Part shown: positions 15,611 through 28,626 of the stretch, one piece after another | Numbering within the stretch: the first letter of the stretch is position 1 | Layout: the number at the start of each line of letters is the position of its first letter | Program-made: the position numbers and the translations under genes | Source of the DNA: Chrysomallon squamiferum | Lineage: Eukaryota; Animalia; Mollusca | DNA: 64,000 nt | Direction: 5' to 3' | NCBI GenBank assembly: GCA_012295275.1 | Contig: CM022676.1 | Coordinates: 11,408,001-11,472,000, forward strand | The notes under the pieces: generated by a model | Seen by the model: the letters and a program-made list of their open reading frames with translations, nothing else | What the model was told of the DNA's origin: nothing | The model's database searches: none

Positions 15611-18600
15611 AAGAATGGAAAGATTTGTATTTACTGTAAAGCAATATCCGACTCAGCTGAATAGTCACATGCACAAATTATTAAACAAGCATAATTTTGA
15701 ATGAAATAATGATATTTTAAATTTGAGAAGTTTTTATTCATATATTTATTTATTTATTTTTATCTCATGCAGGGATATTTCTTTGATGAAGACAGTTCAG
15801 TGCAGGTTTCTGATTCAAATAATCTGCTACAAAATGAAGAAATATTTGCAGCTGATAGAGAATTACCTTTTAGACAAATAAAAACAACCTGGGCCATTCT
15901 CCTGGAGCTGTTTCTGTTTGTGAGTTAAATTCATTTTCTAATATTTATTGCCATTCATTTGTCAGAGCCACGTAGAACACAAAAACCTTACCGGTTTGAA
16001 GCTGGACAGTTGAATAGTTAAGTTACAAAATGTTTTTGTTTCAGAACTTCTTGGCTCTGTCTGAAAAATTAAAAACATTTTGAAGTTTAAAAACAAGTTA
16101 AGAGTATAAATGTAGGACTAATTAAAGGAATTCCAGTATTTAATCTTTCAGCTGATTTCGAATTGCATTTATATTTAATAATCTACTTGTATATTTTCTG
16201 TTGGTGTTAAAACTTACCTGTTGATTTTACATACGATAACTTACATATCATTTAATTGATATTTCATGTTCAAACAGACATTTCCTGTTGTAGTTCACAT
16301 TATAGTGTTTAGTTTTTATTCCATGTTTAAATTACTATTTTATATCTGACCTGGTATTTCTTGTTTTAAATTCAGATATTATTTATTTATTGTTTTAATT
16401 TCAGATATTATTTATTTCTTCTTTTAATTTCAGATATTATTTAATTCTTGTTTTAATTTCAGATATTATTTGTTTTGTGTTTACGCAGGTTGTTCTGGAG
16501 GCTGCAGTGTTTGTTGTTCCGGCTGTTTGTGAGGGGCGCAGATGTGGAACAGACGCTGTGTCAATTCTTCTTTACTCACACGCTGGGTTGTGGTTCCTGT
16601 TGATGCTCTTCGACTTCTACCTCCATAAGCAGCATCACATTAGTCGTCTCCTTGGTTACCTGGATTTCTTCCGCAAAACAAAGAGCATCAGACGAGTTCC
16701 TCTACTTATCAACTCTGGTGGTGTGTGTTGTCTTGTGTTTTTTTTAACTTAAAATAGAGAAATGACTAATTAGAGTAAATAAATACCTGGAAAACTTAAA
16801 TCAGTTTTGAATAAATTAAATATAATTAACATTATAGATCTTTTACAGCACTTTTCTATGCATAGAATATAAAAAAAATATTGTTAACAATGATGTAGCT
16901 GTTTGTTCTAATTGTAAATTGTCAAAAATGATTAATTTCATACCCTCTGACATTTTTAACATCTGACTACTGTGTTTCAAAAGGATATATTTAACCAAAA
17001 CATGTTGTAAATGCTTTGTTTCTGAATGATAATGTTTTGATCAGAAACTATGCTATTTCAAAACGAGATTATTGTAATAACTAACTCTGTTTCATAATCA
17101 TATTTTTAAATAGAAACTACTCTGTTTCAAAATGATATTTTTTAATAACAAATTTGTGTTTCACAATTTTTTTTTTTAATAATTCACTACTGTTTCACAA
17201 TGAAATATTTAACCAGAAACTGCTCTGTCTGAAAATTATATTTTTCACGAACAAGCTACTCTTTGAAAAATGGTGTTTTTCTAATAACTAACTTGAGTTT
17301 CATCTTCTGTCTGCTTTCAGCATGTGCCTTTTTGTTGATTATCATGCAAGTGCTGGACAGATACTGTGAACAAGAGCAGAGATGTCACAAATTCAAAGCA
17401 CAGAATTATTTACAAGTCATTGTCTCACTGGAGGTTGCTGCCACACTGCCGTTTCTTTTTCTATATCTCGGTTTGTTTCTTTTTCTATATCTCGGTTTGT
17501 TTCTTTTTCTCTATCTCGGTTTGTTTCTTTTTCTCTATCTCGGTTTGTTTCTTTTTCTCTATCTCAGTTTGTTTCTCACTTGGTTTTTTGTTTTCAGTTT
17601 TAACATAACAACAACATTTCTGTTTTACAATTGTTATATTGTTATTTATTTTAACTGTGAATGAAATTTTTATAAATTTTTACACATAAATAAATCATCT
17701 GGTTTCTGCTCAAGAGAAAAAAAAATCATGATTTAAAAATATTTCATGTTTTAATGTTATACTACAAAAATCACGTTTAATTATTACACAGTTAAAAATA
17801 TTTCTCTCATGTTTTAATGTTATACAAAAATCATGTTTAATTATTACGTAGTTAAAAATCTTTCTCATGTTCTAATGTTATAATGTAAAAATGATGTTTA
17901 GTTATAATAGTGGTCTTGATAGTTAAAAATAGATCTCACCTGTGTTTTAGTGCGAACAATCCGATTCAACAAGGAGGAGGCGTGTCCTGATGTCAATCAA
18001 GATGAAATGTTGACAAGTTTCATTCAGTCGCAGTCACAGACGTCTGACATCGGATTCAGGTAAAAATAACAGTTACCTCCCCTCGGATTTCTCCTCTGTT
18101 TTATCATTTGTGTTCAGTACAGAATGTGTCTATTGTTCCTTCAGAGGCAAGTTCTGTGAAATGTGTGTTAATGTTTCAGAGATGTGTTGTATGAAAACTT
18201 TGTAGACTTTATTTTTTATCTCAGATTTGAAAACCATGTAAGCTTGTGTAGTTATTTCACTGATGAAAAATATACAAACTTTATGTTGTTATATCAGATA
18301 GGAGGGCTATATATATATTTTGTTTATGTCAGAGATGATAACTGTAAACTTTTGTTTGTTTCAGAGATGAGAACACTGTAGAATCTGTGTTGTTATTTCA
18401 GAGATGAGAACTATGTAAACTTTGTGTTGTTATTTCAGAGATGATAACTGTAAACGTTTGTTTCAGAGATGAGAACTATGTAAACTTTGTGTTGTTATTT
18501 CAGAGATGAGAACTATGTAAACTTTGTGTTGTTATTTCAGAGATGAGAACTATGTAAACTTTGTGTTGTTATTTCAGAGATAAAAACTATGTAATCTTTG

Positions 18601-18748
18601 TGTTTATTTCAGAGATGAGAACTATGTGGACCAGATTTTAGAGAAACAGGCAGACATGATTCGCTATTTGAAACAACACAACGCTCAGCTTGGAAAACGC
18701 ATTCTTGCACTGACTGCTGAGAAAACCTTGCTTAGAGAACAGCAGTAA
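14378..18748 (+). CDS. TMEM192: Transmembrane protein 192 (lysosomal membrane protein), ~269 aa, 6 coding exons
   Basis: Exons 14378-14413, 15773-15919, 16489-16720, 17321-17470, 17951-18059, 18613-18748, GT-AG, phases consistent. Recognisable motifs: HAGLWFLLMLFDFYLHKQHHISRLLGYLDFFRKTKSIRRVPLLINSG; VRTIRFNKEEACPDV; SDIGFRDENYVDQILEKQADMIRYLKQHNAQLGKRILAL (cf. family EKQ.D.I.YLK.HNA.L.KR.LAL). Confidence 0.92.
17451..17575 (+). repeat. 24-bp tandem repeat x5 spanning TMEM192 exon 4 donor
   Basis: GTTTGTTTCTTTTTCT(A/C)TATCTCG repeated; GT at 17471, 17495, 17519, 17543, 17567. Confidence 0.95.
18320..18628 (+). repeat. ~37-bp tandem repeat x~9 spanning TMEM192 last-exon acceptor
   Basis: TTTCAGAGATGAGAACTATGTAAACTTTGTGTTGTTA repeated; only the last copy continues into the coding exon. 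Confidence 0.93.
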
Positions 18749-19039
18749 AAAAAAACAAAAAAGGAGTGACCACAGACTAACTGTATAATGTATATTTATA
18801 TATGAAACCATAAGAACAATGTGAACAAAAAAACCTATAACACAAGCGTAAGTGTCAACAAGAAAGTTAATAATAATAAAAAAAAACATCAAGTAGAAAC
18901 TATTCAGTAAAAGAATGTCAGGTTTGAAAATAAGTTTAAAGTGAATGAATGTCAAGTAAAAATGTCAACAAATTATTTATTGTGTTCTTACATGTCAATA
19001 ATAAACCATGACAAGTAAAAGTGTCAGCAAGTAATTATG

Positions 19040-19437
19040 GTAAAATGTCAACAAGGAACTATGATAACACGATAATGTCAACAAGAAGCTGTGATAAAGT
19101 AAAAATGTGAACAAATTATGATAACATAAAACAAGAATCTGTGGTAACAAGTCAAAACGTCAAGAAGAAACTATGACAACAAGTCAAAATGTCAACAAGG
19201 AACTATCATAAAGTGAAAATGTCAACAAGGAACTATCATAAAGTAAAAATGTCAACAAGGAACTATCATAAAGTGAAAATGTCAACAAGGAACTATCATA
19301 AAGTCAAAATGTCTACAAGAAACTATGACAACATAAAAATGTCAACAAGGAACTTTAATGAAGTAAAAATATCAACAGGAAATTATGATAACATAAAACT
19401 GTCAACAGGAAACTGTGATAATGTAAAATGTCAACAA
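19040..19437. repeat. 30-bp minisatellite in putative TMEM192 3' UTR
   Basis: AAAATGTCAACAAGGAACTATCATAAAGTG repeated; clean core 19186-19330, degenerate flanks. Confidence 0.85.
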
Positions 19438-20782
19438 AAAAGTTAACAAATAAAAATGACAACCAGAGAAAGGAAGAAATATTTTTAACATAACAGAAAA
19501 TGTTAGAAGACATTAGTGAGAAACAAGGGAGGTAACTACTGCTGATTCAACGTGATTGGCTACATTTATCTGAACAAAGTACAGTGTAGAATTATCTAAA
19601 AAAATATATTTTTTATTTAGAGAAAAACACATCAGTCTAAATTATTTCTTTCAGTCTTCAGGTTCATATTTGTGTAGGTTGTCAGTTTGTGTGTAATAAC
19701 AAATTTTAAATTGAACTGTAGATGATAATGAAAAATGCAAAATACAGTTTGTCCACAATGTTTTAATTAGTGAATGAATATGTCTATTTTTTGTATTCTA
19801 AATAATTAATGCAAAGTTACAGTTTTCCAAACACACTGAAGTTTGAACTTAAACCAAAGAGAGAGAGAGAATGTGTATCAGGATGTATTTTCTGAAAAAA
19901 GAAAATTATGTGGATTATTAATGCAAACGTATTAAAAGATGATATTGTTTTAAAAAAGTGTACATATTGTGTGTGTGTGTGTGCATGCATGCATGTGTGA
20001 AATGAACAATTTTTTTATTTTTTCACATTCCATGTAGCTTATAATGAACAATGATAATGTAGAAATAAAATGAATTTATCTGCATTGAGTATTTATATGA
20101 GAATTACTAAACTTTTACATAGAAATAAAATGTATGAGAATTACTAAACTTTTACATGTGTTAGAAACAAAATGTAATAATTCTGGTGCTGTTGTTTCAA
20201 TCATTTCACTTCATTGTTATTATTATTATTATTATTTGTAGTAACATTAGTATTTTAACTACTTGTTAAAATTATTTTTTATTTTAAGATAATTTGTTGT
20301 AAATAAAAAATTTAAAAGGTTAAAGTTGTTTCAGGTTGGAAACTGATAAAGAATTTTGTTACATGAATGATATTTTCAAAAGTTGAGTGAAAATATTAAA
20401 TGTTTTTAATTTGTTGTGATTTGTTTTGTTATTATTTTAACAAATTTTCAGTACACAAAAATGCTGTGAAATCATCACCATCATTGTCATCATTTACATT
20501 ATTATCATTACAATCATCATCTTATTATTGTCATTCTTATAATTATTATTATTTAGACTAGTAATGTTTATAACGTACATTAACACTTACTTTACTAAAT
20601 TTCACTATTAAACCTTTTTCAGAATTAATAATAATCATCATAATAAATTAATTAATGCAATACATTACTATATAATGTAATATAATTATAAAACTAAGAG
20701 AAAAAAGTTAACCAGTTAGAAAATAATGCTCAGTGACACTGGAACTGTTGTAAGTTTTCAGGCACACGCACACACGAATGTA

Positions 20783-20820
<38 letters not shown>

Positions 20821-21114
20821 TATATTCTAGTGGTGTGGATAATACATACGACACTGATACAGAATGGTAAAAATAACTTTGATATTTCGTACCTAAAGAT
20901 GCGACCCAGCGCTCTGTCGTCCCGTATGCTTGTTCATTTGTTTCTTAACTTCATCAATTCTTATGACGTCATTGCATTGTCTGCGGCCCGTTCCGTAGTT
21001 ACTACGTCGTAAATGTACACGTTGTTTATGTTTTAGACCACACTGACGTTGTAGCAGTCACCAGCGATATTTACATCCACGGTGAGACATACATTCAAAT
21101 AATATAACCTTTCA

Positions 21115-21170
<56 letters not shown>

Positions 21171-21812
21171 TTTATTTTCTCTTGTGTTTTCAAAACAATA
21201 CATTTTCTAAACAAATTATTTATTAATCTTTTTTGCTTATTTATTTATTTATTTAAAACATGAGTAAATAAATAAATAAAAAAATGAAATAAATAATGTA
21301 TAAGAAAACAAAAATAAACTAAATAATAGGAAAGAAAACAAAACCTGACTTTATCACAAAATACGCCAGCAGCGTTTTTCGCTGACAGAACTCTCGTTAG
21401 CTCTCGTGTGCGTTGTCACCTCTGTCCACGCCTTCGAGGATGATGACGTAGTTGCTCCTTAAATACCACAACTACAGAGAAACATGCAAAGATGAAATGA
21501 TTCATCGATGTGTAGGACGACAGAAAGAAGTTATTTTCTGTTTGTACGTCAAAAACTACTTTACCTGGCGATTTTCATGGGTATTGCATGTTACGATTAT
21601 GACGTCACTGTTTTATTATAATTTTATTATCACATTTTTTATTTTTTATTATTATTTTTTTTAACACCTGTTATTACAATAATTACAACTATTACTGCTG
21701 GTGTTCCATTGAGTATTTATATGAGAATTACTAAACTTTTACACAACAAGTACTACTATTACTGCTACTATTGCAAGTACTTTTCAAAAATATTTCTGGA
21801 TGTAACTCTTGC

Positions 21813-21903
<91 letters not shown>

Positions 21904-22291
21904 AATGTGGACAGAGTTTTCAAAGATGAAAATTATTAATCTGGTACCGACTAAGGCACTGTAGTCTATGGGGAACAAAAATAAATATAAAAATAAATAA
22001 ATTAATGAAAAACAACAATTTTATATGTTGTTAAGCTATAAATCTTTTTGATCGAATTGCATTAAATCACTACAAACTTTCGCTTTTTAATTGTTATTGT
22101 TAGTGTTGTTATTATTATTTGGTTTGTTTTCAGTAAGAACCTCAGTGAGATTAATTAACTAAAAAGTAAAGAATGAATGAATGAATAAAGACGTAAATAA
22201 ACAACGCGACTAAGACTACCCATTTTATTAATACTAATTAAAATATATATCTCTCATTAGCTTCTTATATTTGTACTTCCAAGTGCTACTC

Positions 22292-22322
<31 letters not shown>

Positions 22323-22859
22323 TCATTAATCGTTATGCACTGTGGATAGGTCAATATAAAAAAATGAATTTAATTTATTATTATTTTTATTTTTAAAAAG
22401 AAAGAAAAAGAAGAAGGAAAAAATAAAAAAGGTAGTATTCATAAATATATGTATAAAGTCTAGATTAGTTCCTTGATTCTTTATTTTGTGCATAGGCCTA
22501 AATTATCTTTGAAAATAATATTTTTAGAAGAGTTTAAATTGTTTTCGCTTAATGTTAAATTTGAAAAATGCCAGAGTACATTTCTTTCTATTTTAATAAT
22601 AATAATAATAATGATGATGATGATGATGATAATGTTAAGTTATGCGATACAGAAAAAATTAATGAGAACTTAGGAACAAATTTTGATTTCTTTGAAGAAT
22701 ATTATGGAAAACTGAAAATTCACTATAAATTTTTAATATCAACTTTAAAAATATTTACTACTGAAGAATTTAATAATTCAAGACTCACTGAAATAATTAA
22801 TTTTGTCTAAGGACGCAATCAATGGCCCAAAAGCGATCATTAGGGTTGTCTCTATGACA

Positions 22860-23228
22860 ACCATCCCACGCGCACCTGTAACTGCTAAAAATAACTTAAA
22901 GGACTCTCGGCTGGTGGAGTTCGCCGCCATCTTGATATCCGAAGTTTGCCGACATGGCAATTTTATCTAAATAAAACCACGAGTCGCATTTGTTTTAAAA
23001 ATAAGACATATTGACTTAATCTATATCGAAAGGAAAATATTTGGTGAAAGATGTGATTCATAAAAAATGTCGAATAACCTTCAGATTCATTGTAATTTCA
23101 AATCCGCCATTTGCGCGCCATTTTAGATCGTAGAGTGCAGGTCAGGTTGACTCTTGACCACTTCGGATTAGAATCCCGAATAATTATAATCGGAACTTTC
23201 AACAACAAGAACGGAGTGATCCAAAAAG
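22860..23228 (+). promoter_or_regulatory. CpG-rich promoter with YY1-type motifs and putative non-coding first exon of DYRK1A (ends 23228)
   Basis: Local CpG enrichment in a CpG-poor background; CGCCATNTT motifs at ~22925, 23105, 23116; strong donor AAAG|GTAAGG at 23228/23229; no ATG in the exon. Link to DYRK1A is inferred from being the next + strand gene. Confidence 0.55.
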
Positions 23229-25959
23229 GTAAGGTTTTCAGACGTTTTTATTTGTCATTATTTAACTTTCATAGGTCTGTCATATCTGTCAAGAATGAGA
23301 AACACGGAAGACTCATTCCCAGGTGACGTGTATTCGGTAGTTTTGAGTCAACGTGCACAGGCCAATTTCTTTTAAAATCATGTTTGTGTTGGAACATGTT
23401 AGAAATTTATTTATTTATGGTACATGTAGAATAAAAATCATGTTTTCGATTAAAACAGTAAGCCCTACAACCCCGATTCAAATAAGAAAATATCATATAA
23501 AATCCTTATTTACGTTTTCTAATTGGCGAGGAAAACCGCGTGTAGAGACGATCATCACTTCCGAGTCTGGACTTGTCAGAAATTATCGATTATTTCAGAC
23601 TTGAAATTAATTAATGAATTTGTAATAACTATGTCTCACTGATATTCAAAGAAAGAATAGTGTGATTTATATCATCACTTATGATGTTTATTGAGATATA
23701 TTCATAATTTAAGTTTTACATCGTCGCGACTCGAAATGACCGCCATTATGTCTGGCTGAAGTAGTTTAAAAGGGGCGTCTGGCAATTTATGTTGAATGGT
23801 CGTATATTTCATCACCGTTTACCACTTTCTCCGTTGTATGTGTTTGTTTTATTAAAATCGGCGGAATTATAAATAAACCTTCTCAGTGATTTTTATTTAT
23901 ATTGTTTAATAACTACAATAAAGTTAAAACATGTCAAGTTGTGCCAGTCACATGGCCATGTTTTGATACGAGACAAGGAATGGCGGGTCAGTCAGCTGAT
24001 TGTCTCGCGTTTTTGGTGTAGTAAAACATCGATCTAGTTTAAAAATTAAATAACATAGGACCAGACTCTATTCCAATAAAGAGACATTTAAATGTATATT
24101 TTATCATTTTAAATTACTATTTTGTTGTTGTTGATAGTCTGAATTCCTGTTGGATATTCAGCTTGATGTTACATCTAAAAATTGCTGTTCCAACAATAGA
24201 AGAAACTCCCTGACAAAAATACTTCACTTTCATCTGTTATATAAATTATACCGTATGTAACGATTACAGTGTATTTCACGTATTACATATAAAATAGTTG
24301 TCACAGGTTAATTTTGTCAGGTTAAATTAGTTCACTATTTTTACATCTCATTTTTAAAAAAAAAAAGCATTTAACTGTTAATTTTAGTTATTGTTTCATC
24401 AAATTATAAATAAAAAATAATAATCTAATACATATGGATGTAGTTTAAAAAAGAGAAAAAATAGTATCACAAAACACAGTTACATAAACATTAGTCACCC
24501 AACAATTAAAGTAGACAATGCATATTAAATTCATTGTATTTGAAAGTGGCTTGTGTTAATTTATTAGAGATTACATGTTATATTAAACATGTTTTCAACT
24601 TTAAAATTACTGAAGAGAAAGGAAAATTTATTTTGTAACAAACAATTTGGTAACAGAAAGTTTGACATTAAGAGAAGATTACCAATAATAATATAAAAAC
24701 AACTTTAAAAATTCTTAAAATAATAAAATAAAATGTTATAAAAAAAAATAGCTGACTTAAAAATACTTTTTGTTTGCTGTTACTTTTAATTTTTATGGTT
24801 AAAAAATATATCACATGAAATGAGTATAATCAGCTTTCTCATTTTTTAAATAAAATACTTTATTAACAGCGAGAATGTCTTTACGTCAATTACTGATGTT
24901 TGTGTCTGTATGGTTCATGAAACAAGGGACATTACTCAATAACTGACTGCTCTGTCATTTAAATTAACATCTTATTTTCTAGTTCAAAAATGAAACTTAC
25001 CTGCAGGTACTTCTTTTTGTTACTATATATATGTTTTGCAAACTCATTGCTTCAAATATTTTTAATTTAAAAAGAAAATGACAAAAAAACTACTTCATAT
25101 CTGTCACTGACCTTATTTTAGATTTAAATATTTAATTGACGGATGACAGTGAGTTAAACATTGAGGAGATTAAAGTTTATATTTCTTTTTTTTAAATGAA
25201 AATATTATTTTGAAAAAACTTTAGTATATATTCATAGATTTGATGTTAACAAAAAGAACTAATAATAATGATATATTAACTTTAATAATGGTAAAAATTT
25301 ATATTCTGTAATAATAATAATAATGATTCAGAAATGTTTTGGAAATGTTTAGTAACATGATATGCTAAAATTGTATTAAGAATATCAAAAATCTTGTTAT
25401 AATAGTTAATTTTAAAAACTGTAGCTTATCATCTTTGAAAAGTTGTTTGCATCTGTCACAACAAACTTCCTGGTTACATTACGAAGGTTATTGAACCTTA
25501 CCTTGTGACCTATGCTATTTATATAACGTTTGAAAAAAAGAAAGAAACAAAGAAACAAATTAGATATGAAAGTTGAAAACAAAGAAAATAACTGTATAGG
25601 ACAGTGACAAAGATAAAAATACAATAATTTTTGAGATGGCGTGTGTGACAGAGGGGGTGTGCCATGTTGTAGAAGAGCGTGTGGCCTGGGCTGGCTAGAC
25701 TGTTGTACTGTCCTACTGACCTTTGAGTGCACTGAGTGAGGGGACCAGTCATTGACTGTGTACAAAGTCCACACAGTTTTCACGTTCAGCTTCACTGACT
25801 CCTGTGTGAATCACTCACAATCACACATTTTGAGTAACCATCGTGGACTTTTGAAATAATCTACATCATACACTATTACTTTGAAGTAGTCTATATCATA
25901 CACTGTTACTCAGAAATAATCAACATTAAACAGTTTGAAATAATCTACATTAAACACTG

Positions 25960-26113
25960 CTACTTTGAAATATTCTAGTCATACACTGTTACTATGAAAT
26001 ATTCTAGTCATACACTGTTACTATGAAATATTCTAGTCATACACTGTTACTATGAAATATTCTAGTCATACACTGTTACTATGAAATATTCTAGTCATAC
26101 ACTGTTACTATGA
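25960..26113. repeat. 30-bp tandem repeat x~5 with degenerate left flank
   Basis: GAAATATTCTAGTCATACACTGTTACTAT repeated. Confidence 0.9.
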
Positions 26114-27348
26114 TATCATCTTTATAACATTCATTTTGTTTCCTATCACGTTTTGCCAAGGATTAAGATAAATGATAAAAAACAAAAACAAAACAAAACA
26201 TTAAATATCTGCACCTAACTGAAACTTAAATTTAATAAACCAAAATAAGTAAATAAAAATATTTGAAACCTAGATAACTGAAATGACACTTTCAGAAATT
26301 CATTATCTGAAACCAAAATTAATTATCAGAAATATTAATGTTAATATTATTCTTAATTTTTTAATTTTAATTTTAATTTTGTTTACCTTTTTGAAACTAA
26401 AATTAAGTATTATCTGAATACAGATAATATATTTAAACAAAAATTACATTAGATATTCTTTTAATTAAAAGCCAGTGAGGAAAAAAAAAATTCTGAGAAT
26501 TATGTTTATGTATGTGTATCCATTTGTCTGTCCATGTACAAAATCACATTGCTGTATTTATCATAACATCTAGTTTGTGCTAAAACTCTTCAGTGAGTAA
26601 AAATAGGTAGTATAATTTATAGTTTTCATCGGAGAATATGGACATGAAAGGATGAAGACACATGTGATCAGTTTAATAAATAAAACCTGACACATAATTA
26701 GCAAAAGCTTTAACCCACTAATTAAACTAATCTGTTCTTAGGTAACAAGAAAAAGAATTAATGTTTCACATCAGTTTAGGTTTTACAGTTGTTTTCTGTT
26801 TTTCAAGGGAGGTAATTCTTACACCCTTATATTTCTGTAAAAACTTTTTCTACTTTTTGTTCTTCTCAATTTTAACTTCACGTGCAGTTGTGTTTTGTAT
26901 GATTTAAAGATCAAATTACTTAGAAAATAAATTGTTTAAAATGTTTAAAGTTTATCATTAGGCACTCACGTAATAATAGGATTTACATAGTAGGACGTAG
27001 GGCTGTACACTGTTACTTATAAATAGGACATTACAAATATAGGATGTAGATACTGATAAGCCATGATGATTTCATATTAGCACACACACACATGCATGCA
27101 CACACTTTAATAGTGGTCAAACTTGTTTCAGTATTAACAGAACAAATATATTTTGTATACATACTCATGTACATATGTATGCACATACACACAGACGCTG
27201 GTATTGCTAGGACAGACAGATCTAGTGAGAGAAATCTGAGTTCAAAATGTTAAATATATAAATCTTTAATTCATGACAGGACTTTGACTTGTCAACTTTG
27301 TTAGCTCCTGTCTTTCTTATTTAGTCATGTTTTCACATGCTCTGTCTT

Positions 27349-27398
<50 letters not shown>

Positions 27399-28496
27399 GA
27401 ATAGTAATATACGTCACTAGAAGCAGTTTTATTAATTTTTTGTTATTATCTTTATTATTGTTGTTTTATTTTTTTATTTAGTATTCAATAAAAAAAATAA
27501 CAACCAAAAAAACAAACAAACAAACAATACAAACAAAAACAAACTAAACCTCAAAATACAACAAACAAAATTCTTGTCATTAAAACTATTTATATTTAAT
27601 AAACTATTATTTTATTAATGCCACTTACTGGTTTTTAAAAAAAAAATTATATATATATTTTCCCAGTCATTACTCCATGATATTTGCTGGTATGTCACCT
27701 ATTCTGTTTTAAATTTGTGTCATACATTATTATTTCTTCTTTGAAATTTTATTAAAACCTAAATTGACATGTCAGCAAAAAATCTGTATATTCATTGAAC
27801 TTCTCACACATCCCACTAAAAAAACTGTTAATACTTTCTGGTGTTATGTGTCACTGAGTCTGATGTTTAATCGTGTGTCACTCAAACATTCCTCGCTGCT
27901 GCTGATGACATCACTGGCGAGCACACTCAAACTTGTTGCTGCTGTCCACTGCGTGTAAACAGTGTGCTCGGTGGAGCGTGCTAGTAGCCGGCAAGCGTGA
28001 CCTGTAAGTAAAAGAAGAGCCTGACAGCAGAGCAGTGTGCATCTGAAAATAGACAGCAGCAGAGAGAGCCAGACGAGGCCGGCTTGTTACGAGCGAGCTC
28101 ATTGGTCAATTATTAATACTGCTGCCGGCCTCCAGGTTGTGTGAGCCAATTATGGCCATTGGAGCAGCATACCACGAATCGTCATCGTGTGGAACGTTGG
28201 CTGCTGCGACGGAAGGCAGTGGTGGAGCCTGGCACACTTTGTTCACGATGATATGTTACCCTCCATCTAGACGAGGTCAGCCTCGGTCCATCTGGGTCAG
28301 TGTCCAGTAGGACAGCGTTCTCCTCATCCTGCGGAGTGTCTGTGTGTCTGTGTGTGTCCTGTTACGCCTCTCATGTACAGACTGCTGGAGTTTACTCGTG
28401 TGACGTGACACTTGTACGTGTCTGCTGTGTGGGATTTTACCTCCGCTGTGATTCGAACCGACGTTTCTCCGACAGCCGGGGTGTGGTGTTTTCCGG

Positions 28497-28626
28497 ATGG
28501 TCCGGGAGAAGGAGTCACACCTAGTTGCTATGGAGACTGGGTCCGAGGAGACGATACACTTCATCAACCGGACTCTGTGGCTGCAGCATGAACAGGAGGC
28601 GTACAAACAAACGATGAAACTGAAAC
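28497..28626 (+). CDS. Candidate alternative first coding exon of DYRK1A (MVREKESHLVAMETGSEETIHFINRTLWLQHEQEAYKQTMKLK)
   Basis: ATG-initiated complex ORF at the end of a GC/CpG-rich island (27.9-28.6 kb) with CCAAT boxes; ends AAA C|GTTTGT, phase 1, compatible with the phase-1 acceptor at 52983. Donor is weak; no homology check possible. Confidence 0.4.

Noticed and set aside
19189-19446. MSTRNYHKVK repeat ORF
   Set aside because: 30-bp minisatellite in TMEM192 3' region; no splice or coding evidence.
21345-21471. Selenoprotein exon (in-frame TGA on minus strand)
   Set aside because: No redox motif or recognisable SECIS; all three frames have stops.
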